Assembly (NCBI RefSeq): GCF_009914755.1
Contig: NC_060925.1
Source: the human T2T-CHM13v2.0 reference genome, Homo sapiens
DNA: 64,000 bases
Direction: 5' to 3' (one strand)
This document shows positions 29,233 through 46,659 of the stretch, one piece after another (positions within the stretch are counted from its first letter, which is position 1; every line of letters begins with the position of its first letter). Made by a program: the position numbers and the translations under genes. The notes under the pieces were generated by a model. The model was not told the DNA's origin. It searched no databases and saw nothing but the letters and a program-made list of their open reading frames with translations.

Positions 29233-29749
29233 GAGAGAGAGATAATTTATTGAATTTAAAGTGCCCAGTGTCTAGTAGACCGTAAATAAGAGCTTTTTAA
29301 ATTAATAGTACAGCTTAGTATGAATTTTAATCCGGCTTAATTCAGAAATCAGCTGTCTTGTTTTCTTTTCTTTAATGTCTTAGGATTCCGCCTACTCTAA
29401 GGCAGGAAGGCACACGTGTATGCCCCTCACCTCCAGGGTGTTTAAAGACCCAGCTCTCCCCTGCCTGTAGTAATGGGGAACACATTTTTGGATGCCATAG
29501 AGTTGCGCTCGGGTTTTCTGGGCCATCAAGACCTATTGTGAAAGCAATAGGAGACCAGCGTTCTTGGTGGGAGGTTCTGGGGAAAGGACAGGGAGAGGGA
29601 ATGGAGACAGATGTTGAGCTACTGGATGAGGCCTGTACAGGATGAGCCTGGGCCTCAGAGCAAGCACAACACAAAGCAGAGTGATGGACTGAGACGCTTG
29701 TGGGGAGTAAACCAGGGCTGGCGTACTGTGATTCTGACCCCTGGAAAGT

Positions 29750-30550
29750 TGCCTGCGAAGGGCACCGCATTGCCAGAAGAGCCAAGTGAGCCGATCAAGG
29801 GAAAGGCCTCTGCCAGGAGCCTTCCCCCGAGAGACCGCTTTTCCTCCCACCGCAGGGTCGGCTTGCATGACAGGCCTGCGCTCCGCTGGCTCCAGCGCCT
29901 CCGAAGTCACCTGCCCTGCAGGGGGGGCGCGCACCCAGACCCTCCCCTGGGATCCCATCCTCCCCTCCATCCCCCTTCCCTCCTGGCCCAGGGCCCCCGG
30001 GAGTGACGGCGAGAGGGGGAAAAGCTCTGGGAAAGGAGGGCCGGGCCAGCCCAGGGGAACACAGGGCCGTCTTCACCCTCCACGCCCTTCCTTCCTTCTC
30101 CACCTCCTTCTTCCAGATTCCTCTCCAGGCACTGATAGAATAGACCGAAAGAACGACGGGTTTGACTTGTTTAGCAAATGCTTTTGATACCCCTGAAACA
30201 CAGAGAAACGTGTGCCTTGGCAGTAAGGGATTATTGCACGTTTTAACTTAGCAGGACTGAATCAGGCAGAAAGAAACCTAATCACCGGTCTCCAAAATCG
30301 GCCCAAACCTCTGGCGGCCGCGTCACTCGGCTCCACCAGTCTGTGCCGCCTGCAAGCGCCCCTAGCGGCCTCGCAGCCATCGCGCCTCAGCAGCGCCGTG
30401 GCGTCCTGTTCGGCAGTGTCCATTAGAGGGCGCCAGCGCGCCTCAGAAGAGGGACCGTGACGCTAGCCCTCGCGGGTGCAGCCCGGAATTGCAAGAAGGC
30501 TGCGGAAGGCTGTGCCAGCAACTTGCACGACAGCACCTTGCTTCTAGAGC
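29750..30550. promoter_or_regulatory. CpG-island-like segment
   Basis: Visibly high GC and CpG density outside any TE; NotI site GCGGCCGC at about 30315; CRE half-sites (TGACG). Confidence 0.75.
30417..30435 (+). promoter_or_regulatory. CTCF core motif
   Basis: TGTCCATTAGAGGGCGCCA versus consensus TGGCCACYAGRKGGCGCYA. Confidence 0.65.
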
Positions 30551-30916
30551 ATGAGTTTACCTGAACATGCAGCTCAGGGATTGTTTTCAGATTGAAACCA
30601 TCGCACATTCCCTGTGGCAGGCAGCCCCTCTCCGAGGATAACAATCATGACGGTAATCATGGTCATGATCGTCTTTGCAATGGCCCCTTGCCCTGAGGGT
30701 CTTCTGGCCCAGGACCCTCCGGTCCTGGCTGCTCAGGACAGGTGATTACCTTTTGAGGGCCTGAGCTAGTATTCTCCCTCAGGTATTTGCAAAACTTTAA
30801 TTCCAGTGTCTTGTAATTGTCTAGCTTTTGAAGATTCTCAGAACCATCTCATTAAGATCTCACAGAAATTGAGCTCTCCAACTCCAATCCCACAGCTTTT
30901 TGCCTCCCGAAATTTG

Positions 30917-30917
<1 letters not shown>

Positions 30918-30959
<42 letters not shown>

Positions 30960-30973
30960 AGAGAGAGAGAGAG
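30918..30973. repeat. (TG)n followed by (GA)n microsatellite
   Basis: Read directly. Confidence 0.97.
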
Positions 30974-31102
30974 CACGCACCTCCCAAGTTCTTTGCTTAC
31001 TGGCTCGCTGATACCTCGCAGACCAATATTCACACTGCCTTTCTTTGACACTTTCCTTACTAAACTGTACCAGCCACACAACATTTACACGCGGATGGGT
31101 AT

Positions 31103-31195
31103 GGACAGCACCAGATCTCTTCCGGACAGCACCAGATCCCTTCCCCACAGCACCAGATCCCTTCCCCACAGCACCAGATCCCTTCCCCACAGCAC
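31103..31195. repeat. 21-bp minisatellite, about 4.4 copies of (GG/CC)ACAGCACCAGATC(C/T)CTTCC
   Basis: Units start at 31103, 31124, 31145, 31166 and 31187 (partial). Confidence 0.95.
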
Positions 31196-33034
31196 TGGGG
31201 TCCCAGCAGATGTAGGACTAGGCTTGATGGCAAGCACTTCAGACCAGCGTCTGGAGATGTATGTTCTGGGCCTGGGCCTGCCACCACCTATGAAACCCTA
31301 GGCAGGGCACTAGCCCTGGGTGCCTCCCCTGAGGAGGCGACTGACCATATCTCTGAGGTTTCGTGAAGCTCTAATGCTTCTGGACTGTGATTGTACAGAA
31401 AGCAGAAGGGCCATTGCCAAGAAGAAGGCATCATGTGCTGTGTTGGGTGTGAGCATTGCCGTGGACGGGCAACCCCTGGGCACTGAGCTTCCACCCAAAC
31501 CAGCCCTGAGCTCCATCCCACTCCTCTCCCCATCATGACCTGCAGACCCCATCTCAGGAGCTGCATTCTCCAAGCCCCAAACTGAGAGGTGTGGTCTGAT
31601 GATTTCTTAAGGGAATGTCATCTTTGAATGACCTGCCTTAGGAACCCCAAAGCAGCGTCTGCAGGCAGCCACTCAGCCTCAGGCCCTGAATACGTTCCCG
31701 ATTCTGCCCTGCTCTGCCAGTTCTATTAATATTACATTAGCCTCCTCTCTCCACAGGGCCTCATACCGTGGGGGAGCTCCCAGCTTCCTTTGTTTGACTT
31801 CTCCCCAGATGCCACACCTGATGACTTGGAAATATAATAAATGAATCCATTGTAATTATCAAATAATTACAAAATGGTGTTTTTACTAAAGAACTAGAGA
31901 AGACCCTATGGAATTTCTGGGAAGCTCTACCTAATAATAGACTCCCCACTAAAGGAAAGAGTACGTATTTCAAGATCCAATATTATTTGTATTTTACTGG
32001 TATATGTGGTGTGGTTCAAAGACTTTAGTCAGTTGGCTTTCAAATTTGCTCATTTATTATTTTTTTCTGACAACCATAACCACTCTAATGTGTTGCATTC
32101 ACATAACATCTTTCATCTGCCATCTCAAATGTTTTTCCTCTCAGCTTCCTGAGTGCTCTTTGTCAAAACTGCTTTGGTTCTCTTTGTCCTTCAGGGATGG
32201 TTCCCCTGTGCCTACACCTGAGACGTGTCTCTCCTGAAAACTCAGGATGAAGGCGGACTTGAAGGAGGAGGCTCAGAGCCTGAAGGGCTGGGGGCTGGGC
32301 AGAGGCAGACACATGGCAAGGTGGGAGGATGGGTTGAGCAGACACGAGGCCTGTTGGCCAGTCTTCAGCAGGCTCCCAGGCTCCTGAGGGAAACGTTCGG
32401 GTGTCCTCAGGCCATGCCTAACTGCCCTGAGTGGGAGGCCCATCTTGTGGGCTGGGCACCGAGTGTCCCCACCAGGCTGAACAAAGACAGCCTGAGCACA
32501 GGAATCCTGGCCAAACAGGGATCTTCGTGGCCACCATTCCACAGGTGTTGCCAACTGTAGGAACAGTGCCTGCTCTCTGCCCCTGGGTCCAACCATTCTG
32601 AAGCTGCCCGGTCCTGACTTGCAACAACCTAAGATTTTTGGTGGCACAGGAGAGGTGATAGGTTTCAGTTAAGCTACTTGGGTTGCAAGGAGCATAGAGA
32701 GTTACAGACTAACCCAGGACCATAACGTTCCAAGCCCTGGAGCTGGGATGGGAGGAGTGGCTCTTGGGACCAGCCAAGCACTCCACCGTGCTCAGCGGCC
32801 GGCCTCAGCCCTGAATGTCTACTCCGTTCCTCAAACTAAGACTCGCTGCTGCTTCTTTTACTCTCCCTTATTTACCTTTTCTCTGTCCTATAGCTTCTGC
32901 CTCTAGATAGTTTCTACCTCCTTGTAACTTTAGCCTTCCAAGACCCTCACTCAACTTCTTGGTCTTGCCCTACAGCAGGATCCTTCAGCTGAAGTCCCCA
33001 TGCTGCGTGATTTTCTCCATATTCACAAATTCCA

Positions 33035-33650
33035 ATGCCCATCTTAGACCAAACAGCCTCAGGCCCCCAGGGACAAATGTGGGGTGACCTGACAAAGCCA
33101 GGTTTATTGACTTGTTGCAGTGAAAGAGCCACACACCAGAGGAACCATGAGGCATCTCACCAAATGTAGGAGATTGATTATTATACATTGTTGGGGAAGG
33201 TGGTGTTTACGTGACATTTAAATGATCAGTGTCTTACTAGGCTCACAGCAAGGCAAAGCTGAATGTGAAGGGGCAATGTCAGGTCTGGAATGCAAAGTGA
33301 ATCCAAGGACCTCTGACCTTGGAATCTAAAGTTGGGATATATGTAAAATGTTGTGTCCAGAAACCCCTTACCTGAGGCTCTGCACATGGACTGTAAATTA
33401 AGGCTACTTCCCTGTGTCAATGACTGAGATCCTCTAAGCAACAGAGAGGTGTTTTATTCTTACTGATGTAATTTCAAACAGTGAAATTTCTGATAGTCTA
33501 TATTTTAGAGGACAAAGTTTCTCAGTGAGTGAGAAAACAGTAGTCACTCAAAGAAGACAGTTACGACATTTTACAGCTGCACTGTGTCCTTGAGGAAAAT
33601 AATGTTTTCTGTGAACTTTGCAGCTCACTTTATCCATGTCATTATTCCGG
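33035..33650 (-). mobile_element. Probable old LTR, family unresolved
   Basis: GTTTATTGACTTGTTGCAGTG...CACACACCAGAGGAACCATGAGGCATCTC looks like an antisense LTR R-U5. Confidence 0.45.
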
Positions 33651-35299
33651 CACGATAGTCGGCCGGCAGATTCTTTCTTTCTTATGTTCAAAAAGAGCAT
33701 CTGCTTGGCCCAGCCTATCTTTGCAGGCTGCTTCCCAGCTCAGGCACAGGGTGTCCTCGGGTTCCGCTTTCCCCCAGCCCAGGTCTCATCAGTGATACTA
33801 GGAAGAAGGCTGTCCTTCAGGCCACTCTCCTGAAGGGGCTGCGGACATAGCCGGTGTCCTGCTGAATGAATTCCACATGAAAATGGGAGCTCCAGCTCCA
33901 GAGCTGGGTAAAGTCCCTCATTCAGTCTACTTGGTCAGGATGGAAGCATCCTGCAATGCCCACCCACCACTCCTTGCTCCACTCTGCCTTTCCACGTGGA
34001 AGCACGTGTCCTCCGGCAAAGGATAAACTGCTTAAACAAGAAAGAAGTTTCTCTCCAGGTGACAGTCCGGAGGTAGGCAAGTGGTCCAGGGCTGGTGTGT
34101 GGCTCTGCCATCCTCAGGCATGGCTTCCGTTTGCAGCTGCAAATGGCTAGTACAGTCCTTGCCAATGCCTAGCCAGCAGGCCAGGAAAGACATGGGAACA
34201 CACACTCAGTCCTCTTAAGTGCAAGAATATAACATTCTGGGAACTAAGGTGTATGATTTCAGCTCATTTGTCATTCGCAGGACTTGCTCAGGTAAGGGAG
34301 GCTGGGAAAGAGACTTGACTTGGTGGCCACGTGCAGGAGCTGTCAACCCTCTCCTAACCCACCACTTAGAGACAGTGCCCTTCTTGTTGGCTAGCCTCTT
34401 CCATCCACAGGCAAATGCGTCCTTTCCTCTTTTGTCCTGTCCTAGTCTCTAAAAGAACCAGAGATGTTAACATCTGAGCCTCCCCTGAGTGCAGACCAAT
34501 GGGGACAGGGCTGCAGATCCTGGGCAGGGATCTCCGTGCTGATGGTGAGGAGACATTGTCAGTGGCCCTTGCTCCACCAGAGTCCTCCCTGCAGCGCCCT
34601 TCACCGCCCAGCCCCCTTGCCCACCCCTGTCATTTGGTGCTCAATTTCAGATGCCTGCCCATCCCCTGCCTTGCTCCAAAGAACTTTGGTAGGTAGAGGA
34701 GGCACTGCTCCAGGGCCCCAGGAGCATGGGAGTATCCTGAGGCCAGTCGGTGCCTCCAGGGCTCTTCCCGGCCTCCTCCAAACAGCATGTTCTCTTCTCC
34801 CTTCCTTGGGGCTAAAAGGAGTCGGACCATGTGAGAGTGGAGGGTACTGAGGTTGTGCTGGCCTTTGTGCTCAGCACCCTCCATCCACTGCCACCCACCT
34901 ATGCCACTCTCTTGGCTTGTTGACTGGCCAGGCTGGGGACGCAGTTTTCTTACATGTCCAGAGCAAAGCAGTAGAAGACAGGCCAGCACTGCAAGCTTGA
35001 GCCTACGTGCTCCAGCATCTCCGAGCTCCCAGGCATCCACCCACCCCACACCTCAGCCACTGGCTCCTGGGCCCTGGCAAGTGCCACATTCCTGATGTGG
35101 TGGACGCTGTCCCAACTCATGTCAGGCCAGGCCCAGAGGCAATGGGAACTGATGGACAAGATGGATCACCACCTCCCCACCTACACAATTATTGTAGACA
35201 TCCCACCCGAAAGCTTGTTCTATAGTTGCCATGGAGGAATGCCCCAGAGGAATGAATTGGTACCAAGGTCATAGTGACTTCATGCACCAAACGCAGGGA

Positions 35300-35560
35300 G
35301 GTATAGCAGTGAAGTGCATAGACTTGAAGTCAGGTTAGCTGCGTTTAAATCTGAGGTCTACCACTTCCCAGCAACTGGGATCTTGAGCAATTATTTAACT
35401 CCTCTAAACCTCAGTTTCTTCATTTCTAAAATGAGACTAATAATGGTAGCACACTTCATAATCATCAAGGAAGACTAAAACAATTGTTACACCAAAAGTG
35501 CTTAAAACAGGGCCTAGAACAAAATGAGCATTTCATAAATGTTGGCTATTGTTACTTTTC
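35300..35560 (+). mobile_element. MIR
   Basis: TTATTTAACTCCTCTAAACCTCAGTTTCTTCATTTCTAAAATGAGACTAATAAT core. Confidence 0.85.
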
Positions 35561-37696
35561 TAGAGGTCTTTGGATTCAATGAATCAATATGACAATACAT
35601 GACCTTGTGGAAAGACACTAATGGTGGTCTCCCACACATCAAGTCACAGAAGTGGGGGACATAGTTTTAGGGCATTGGGAAAGCTGGTGTTGCTCACAGG
35701 GAACTGTCTGATGTAGAAAAGGGCTTCCCGGGAACTGTGAAGTCAGAAAAATTGGTCAAAATCATACTGATTGCTGTTAACATGTCGGAGGCAGGCAGGC
35801 TGCAGAGACAAAGCCTCTGGGGTCTCCTGATCACCACTGCGTAAAACCCAGGTTATTCTCCAGCACCCCTAGGACAATCTCACCCCACAAGCAAAAAGGA
35901 TGGTTGTGTGAACCCTGCTGTTGTAAACCTGGGGCTGGGAAAAGTGAGACCAATTTGTTGGATAAAGATGTGAGGACATTTAAGCCCTTGCCATGCATGA
36001 AGTTAGGAAGATGGCAATCATTTTTGCTTATAGCAATGCCTTAAAACTTATCCTATATCAGCAGCTGTGACTGGGAAGAGCCCTGTGCTGGGAGTGCAAA
36101 CGAGACCATGAGCTTCTTGAGGTAGGTGTGGATCTAATCAATTGCCTGGCACACAGATGATGCTCAGTAAATATTGGCTGGATGAAGTCAGGAAACCTGT
36201 GTTCCAGTCTCTGCTCTGTAGGGAGCCAACAGTGTCACCCCGGTCAATATGCCTCTCCTCCAGGGTTGCTGTTCCCCATCTGCCTCTAGACTTGATATCT
36301 GAGATTCCATTGAGCAGTAAGATTCTGTCCGTTCCCAGCCTAGGAGCTTGCTGCCCACCTAAGGAGACCTGTCTTGCTGTAAGACCCTCAGGCCTTGCCC
36401 TCCTCAACCTCAGCAGGGAGACTGCCTGCCTGAGTTGGAGGTGGTGTGTGTGGTGGAAAGGCAAGGCTCCATGTTTTTTTCCTTTTGACTGCTCGATAGT
36501 GGAGCCTCAGACCCCTTGCAGGAGGAATGAGTCGGTGTGGGGAGGGTAATTGAGCCGAAACTGGCAGGAGGAGGAGAATAGGTGCAAAGGAAGTCAGGGC
36601 AACCAGCTCCCTGGGGAGAAGCTGAGAGGCAGCAAGTAGAGGCCGAGCCAGAGATGATAGGAGAGGGCCCAGCAGCAGCAGCGAACAGCAGTGTGGCTGG
36701 GGAAGAGCAGATGGGGCTGGCAGATGGGAGCTGACAGGCTGCACGGGCTGGCAGGCAGCTCAGCATTTCTCAAGAGGCAGCTCCGCTGAGCAGCCAAGGG
36801 GAGATGGGGAAGGCTGAGCTATCAAACCCTTTCTGCTTCCCAATCATGTCTTTCTCTAGGAGACCTACAGGAGAGGATTGGGCCTAAGAAGTCAGGGTTG
36901 CCTCCCACAATTAATGATAAAATTTCAATTCGAAATCAATAACTTAATGGAATGAGATTTCTTTTCATCTGAATTGGGAAGCATTCATTAAATACCTACT
37001 CCGTGGCAGGCCCTCAGTAGGATGCTAGGTGAGAAGGACCTCTCTGCCGTGCAGGGGAAGCTCAGTCAGGAAGTAGAGCAGGCAAGACCTCAGACTCCAG
37101 GCAGACAGTACCACAGTACAGGTGGGCAGTGGGCCAGCTGTGGGGGAGGAGGGAGGGCCACTGGAACTGGGAGGGGACGTAAGACAGGAAGGCTTGGCAA
37201 AGGCAGCAGCATGCAAATTAACTCTCCGTTTTCACATGGAGGAGGTAGGGCCTTCTGACTGTGTGAGTCAGCTTGCAGGAAAGTGCAAAAGCCAGTCTGA
37301 AACATAAAGAAATATTAAGACATGCAAGGCCATCCTTGGTTTCCCTTTAGTCTGGTTTGCTTAAGGGAAGCTTTCTTCATCCAAAATAGAACGTGGTTAG
37401 GGGGTGGGGGAAGTAAGAAGCAAATCCTACCATCGTGCTCTGGATCCCATCTCCCACACATCTCCTTGCTGATCCCACCCTGGGACACTTACTCAATTGA
37501 TTATCCCAGCTCTCTTCAGTCTCGAACTTCTCCTCTGTTGGTCCCTCATACCATCTTTGAACTTGATCCACTATCTCATTAATAAACAAACTATCCCCTT
37601 TCATGCTTACTTCTTCTCTGTCTCTTTCTCACTGTAGCTAAATATCTTTAAAACATGGTCTATATTGTCTTAGAGTTAGTCCTGCTGCTGCCTTAG

Positions 37697-39260
<1,564 letters not shown>

Positions 39261-39266
39261 AATTAG

Positions 39267-39581
<315 letters not shown>

Positions 39582-39759
39582 TAGAATTAGTTTAGAAAGC
39601 CATTTATCTGTGGAGTTTTCTTTAATGAAAGGTTAACTATAGATGCATTTCTCAAACGTTATAAAAATTTGCATCAGTTTTAATTTTTCTAGAAATTTGT
39701 TGATTTCGTCTAAATTTTCCAATTTACTGGCATAAAGTTGTCCATAAAATCTTGTTTTA

Positions 39760-40727
<968 letters not shown>

Positions 40728-40729
40728 TC

Positions 40730-41645
<916 letters not shown>

Positions 41646-42855
41646 AGTGACTTCTGAACAGCCAGCAAAATTTGGAAGTGGATGAGTAAGTGCAACCAAT
41701 CACCCTCTGCCACTTTTGGGGTGTGACTGGGGTCCTGCCCTACTTGGCTAATAGTGCCACCATTTGACATTTTATGCGTTTGTATTTGTTTGTATTTGTG
41801 GCACCATGAGAGTTTGCTTAGATTGGACTCACTGGCCCATGGAGCCATTTGGAATGGGGGAGAAGAATTCAGGACCTCACCCAGCCCCCTTCACGGGGGA
41901 CTCATTTGGAAGCACACTGTTTGCATATATGAATGTATGACTTTGTGTATGAGCCCTGATTCCTTTGCTATGGAAGATAAGCGAGAATGGTGGGGGGTAC
42001 TCCCTGCACTGTGTAATGGCTGGAAGGCTCTGGAATTTCCTTTCAATCATGTTACCTTTTTTTCTTCCCCTCCTTTCTTCCTCACACCCTGCTTGTAAGA
42101 CTTGGCTCCTACACAAAGGCTGGCCAGGCTCTATCTTCCTCTGTTTTCTCTTCTGCCTGCTTTATATGAGTATGTAAGTGTGTGTTTATAGGTACATTTA
42201 TATATTTTGTTATGTGTTGTGGCCACAAGGTACCAAATTGGCTTAAAGGAGTACTCATAAATTAATAAGCCCAAATGCTTTCCAAGTTCATGTGCCTTAA
42301 GTAAAATCTTTAATAAATAAGATGGCTCTAAAATTAGTAGTAAAATAATATTAGAAATGCCTTTAGAATTGTCAATATATATTTTTGCTTGGATTTACTG
42401 ATCAAGCGGTTTCATATTTATCTCTGCCAGATGTTATTAGGTGTCAACATTTGACATAAGAACTATAAAACTATAAACCCAGGCCAAACCAGAATGATTT
42501 TGTTTGTGTAATTTTTTATAAACAAGACATTTAATATTGTTTAAAGAAAACAACTAAATCTTCTGAGTTATTGAAAAAATGCCCATATGTTTAAGTTTCT
42601 TATCTCGATAGACATCTGATGTTCACAAAGCTTTAAAAATGCTTAGCAGGGAAATAACTTTAAATGATGACCACCTTTGTACGGTATCTCAGTTTTCATA
42701 AATAGTCTAAATAAACAGTGAAAAATGGAAAGAATGGGTACATATAAATGAGATAAATGTTTGTAAGTAAGCTTTTTTATAAAATTTAAAATCTTAAAAT
42801 CATTTTGGATGCTTATGGGATGTCTGGGTCATTTGCAATTTTATAAAAAGGGTTA

Positions 42856-43208
<353 letters not shown>

Positions 43209-44380
43209 TCAATTAATTTAAAAAGCATTATTAGATGGAAAATATGTTCCAAAAATTGTGGAATGGTTCTCATCTATAAAATGCTAACATCTGACAGGCA
43301 GTTGAACATTTCTTACTTCCTAGGTTCATATAAAATATGCCAAAGGAGATGTGTTCTTACTGAGAAACAGAATAGTTTTGTCTAATTCAAAGGTTATCAA
43401 AAAGTTAATTCAAATTACGGACTTGAAAAGGTTATTCCATCCATGTAACTTTCTGTATTGCTTTTAAAGTCCTTGTGATGTTAAATTTACAGGGCTTTGA
43501 CTCTTCAGTCTAAAAAGGGCACATGATAATGTCATGTCTAGACTTAATTCTCTTGAATACTTAAAATCTTTTGCAAGCTCAAAAATAACTGCTCTAGACT
43601 CGTTCTGGGAAAAGCAATAGCAGTCACTGTGTGCTATAGTTCAGTAGCTAAGGTTTTGCACTTTCACACTGGTGGCCTAGGTTTAGTTCCTGGCTTTGGG
43701 AATAAGCCCTTTCTGTGTTGATAGTTGTGGGACTTTTGCCATTTATTGATTCTTTCTCCCTTCATGGACAGCTTCTGATTTTCTGTCTGGAATTGCTTAC
43801 ATACTGGATCTTTTACCAAAAATAAGAGTTGCTAAGAGTTAACATTGTAACATGTACTTGAGATTACTGGAGAAAGTTTTACATGCAAGATGTATAAGGA
43901 AAGTAGAATGTGCTTTTGGCAAAAGGCTATAAGAAAGCATGAAAATATGGTTTTTGTTGTAGGAATGTAATTTTTTCTAGTTCAGAGGTTTTAAAGGATT
44001 GTCCTAACCTAAAAGGGTAATAGGACAAAACTAAAGGTTTAAACAAGTTGTAAAAGATTTGTGAAAGATTGATCTTATAAAGAAAATTCTGTGGGTATGA
44101 GTAAGTTGGCTAAGATTTGAAGGAGATTACTTAGTTTTTCCATAATTTAAACATAAAAGCACACTGATGTAGGGCCAGAACCTGGGCCCATGTGTTTAAA
44201 TAATAATGTGTATTTGAGAATTGGCCTATTGTTTAACAGAAAATCGAAAAGGATTATAGAAGGTTATGAAAATCTTACCTTATGGTCAAACTAATTAAGA
44301 TTAAATAGATTTATTTATAAAGTTTTATTAAGAATTGGGTTTAACATTAACAGGATACTAATGCAAAGGTGAAATTTGGC

Positions 44381-44575
44381 TTTCTCTCTCTCTCTCTCTC
44401 TCTAAGACAGGGTCTCACAAGCCCAGGCTAGAGTGCAGGCTGGTGTGATCTCAGTTCACTGCAACCTCCACCTCCTGGATTCAAGTGGTTCTCATGCCTC
44501 AGTCACCCAAGTAGTTGGGATTACAGGCATGCGCCACCACACCTGGCTAATTTTTGTATTTTTAGTAAAGATGGG
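44381..44575 (-). mobile_element. Split Alu, part 1 (tail converted to (CT)n, right arm, linker)
   Basis: Stops at TTTTAGTAAAGATGGG and continues at 60171. Confidence 0.93.
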
Positions 44576-45030
44576 TGTCAAAGGAAAATAAATCTTGGGG
44601 CCCCCAAATCGCTAAGCTAAAGGGAAAAGTCAAGCTGGGATCTGCTTAAGGGAAACCTTCCTCCCATTTTATTTAGTATTCAAAGTCCTCCCTCTGCTCA
44701 TTGAGATAAATGCATATCTGATTGCCTCCTTCGGAAAGGCTAATCAGAAACTCAGAATAATGCAACCGTTTGTCTCTTACCTACCTGTGACCTGGAAGCC
44801 CCTTCCCTGCTTGAGTTGTCCCATCTTTCTGGATGGAACCAATGTACATCTTACATATATTGATTGATGTCTCATATCTCACTAAAATGTATAAAACCAA
44901 GCTGTGCCCCGACCACCTTGGGCAAACGTAGTCAGGACCTCCTGAGGCTGTCATGGATGCATGTCCTCAACCTTGGCAAAATAAACTTTCTAAATTAACT
45001 GAAACGTGTCTCAGGTATTCGGGGTTCAGA
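44576..45030 (+). mobile_element. MER4A1-type 5' LTR
   Basis: TGTCAAAGGAAAATAAATCTTGGGGCCCCCAAATC...GGGGTTCAGA; about 89% identical to 59716-60170. Confidence 0.9.
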
Positions 45031-45033
45031 TTT

Positions 45034-45051
45034 TGGCAACCATAAAGGGAT
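45034..45051 (+). promoter_or_regulatory. Primer-binding site, tRNA-Arg-like
   Basis: TGGCAACCATAAAGGGAT versus recalled TGGCGACCACGAAGGGAC; differences are mostly CpG decay. Confidence 0.65.
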
Positions 45052-45112
45052 TCTAAGTGGAGGTGCTCCTGACCTTTGACAAGTCTCCTATCAGTATTTG
45101 GTAGCAGCTTGA

Positions 45113-45424
<312 letters not shown>

Positions 45425-45863
45425 ACCTTGAGCTATCTTTATGGACAAACCAATAGGACAATTTGCTGAGGCCCAGAAGCATCCCTTCCAGAGAATCCCA
45501 GATGTCCCCAAATCTAAACTTTATTTTGCTGTACAATTCCTTTTTTTTTTTTTTTTTGGAGTTTTACTTGATTCCAACAAAAGGAAGGCAAATTTTTCCT
45601 GTTTCCATGACAATGGAAGGCAAGTAACTCCTTCCTGGAGTTTGAACTCATTTCCAGCAGGGAAGACTAATTTGAGTTTTTTTTCCTGCTTCTCAGAAAC
45701 TCAAAAGAATGCCTCTTTGGAGGCAGTCTTCAGCCTGAGACCCATCTCTAGTTAAGTAACTGAACTGGAGTTTGTCTTGGCTAAAGTTAAGATTAACAAG
45801 CAGCTGGTCTTAATTTCTCCCTACCATTAGAGCACTCAGTGATCATGTAAGTTGTGCCATCAT

Positions 45864-46180
<317 letters not shown>

Positions 46181-46659
46181 ATAAATTGTGCCATCATTTG
46201 TTTTGCTTAACTTTTTTGTTGTTGCTGTTGTTTGTTTGTTTCTGTTTTTGTTGTTGTTTCCATCTTTTTCCCATTGGGTTTGATCAACTCTATTTGACTT
46301 GATCAAATCCAAAGGAAAGTTCCAAATTACAAGGAACAAGGCCTCTGAAGTGGCTAAACTCCCCCCCAACCCCAACACACACACACACAAAAAGGTGGTG
46401 TGGTGGGGGAGAAAAACAGCCAGCAAAAGGAAAAAAAAAAGAAATATTTTTGCTTTTGACTACTTAACGGGCTTTATTTACATAATGAGGCCACCCTTTT
46501 GTTAGCCAGGCTGAACAGAAAGAGCAATGGCTGTTGCACCATGCTGAAGTTCCATAGCTAAGCGTTCTGCCTTCTTTTTTCCCGCCATGACAACCTGGGT
46601 TTGGATCCTAAATCAAGCCCTTTCTAGTTTGATACTTGGTATATCATAAATATTAATAG

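Noticed and set aside
29915-29932. CCTGCAGGGGGGGCGC as a CTCF site
   Set aside because: The G-run is two bases too long to keep the core in register
29372-30187. Several 130-145 aa ORFs over the CpG island
   Set aside because: Overlapping on both strands as expected from GC-rich stop-poor sequence; no recognisable domain
31103-31195. Possible CRISPR-like array or GSGAV repeat protein
   Set aside because: Head-to-tail units with no spacers in eukaryotic DNA; an ordinary minisatellite
34270-34297. Putative 11-nt microexon (CGCAG|GACTTGCTCAG|GTAAGG)
   Set aside because: Weak polypyrimidine tract, not frame-preserving, no host gene evident
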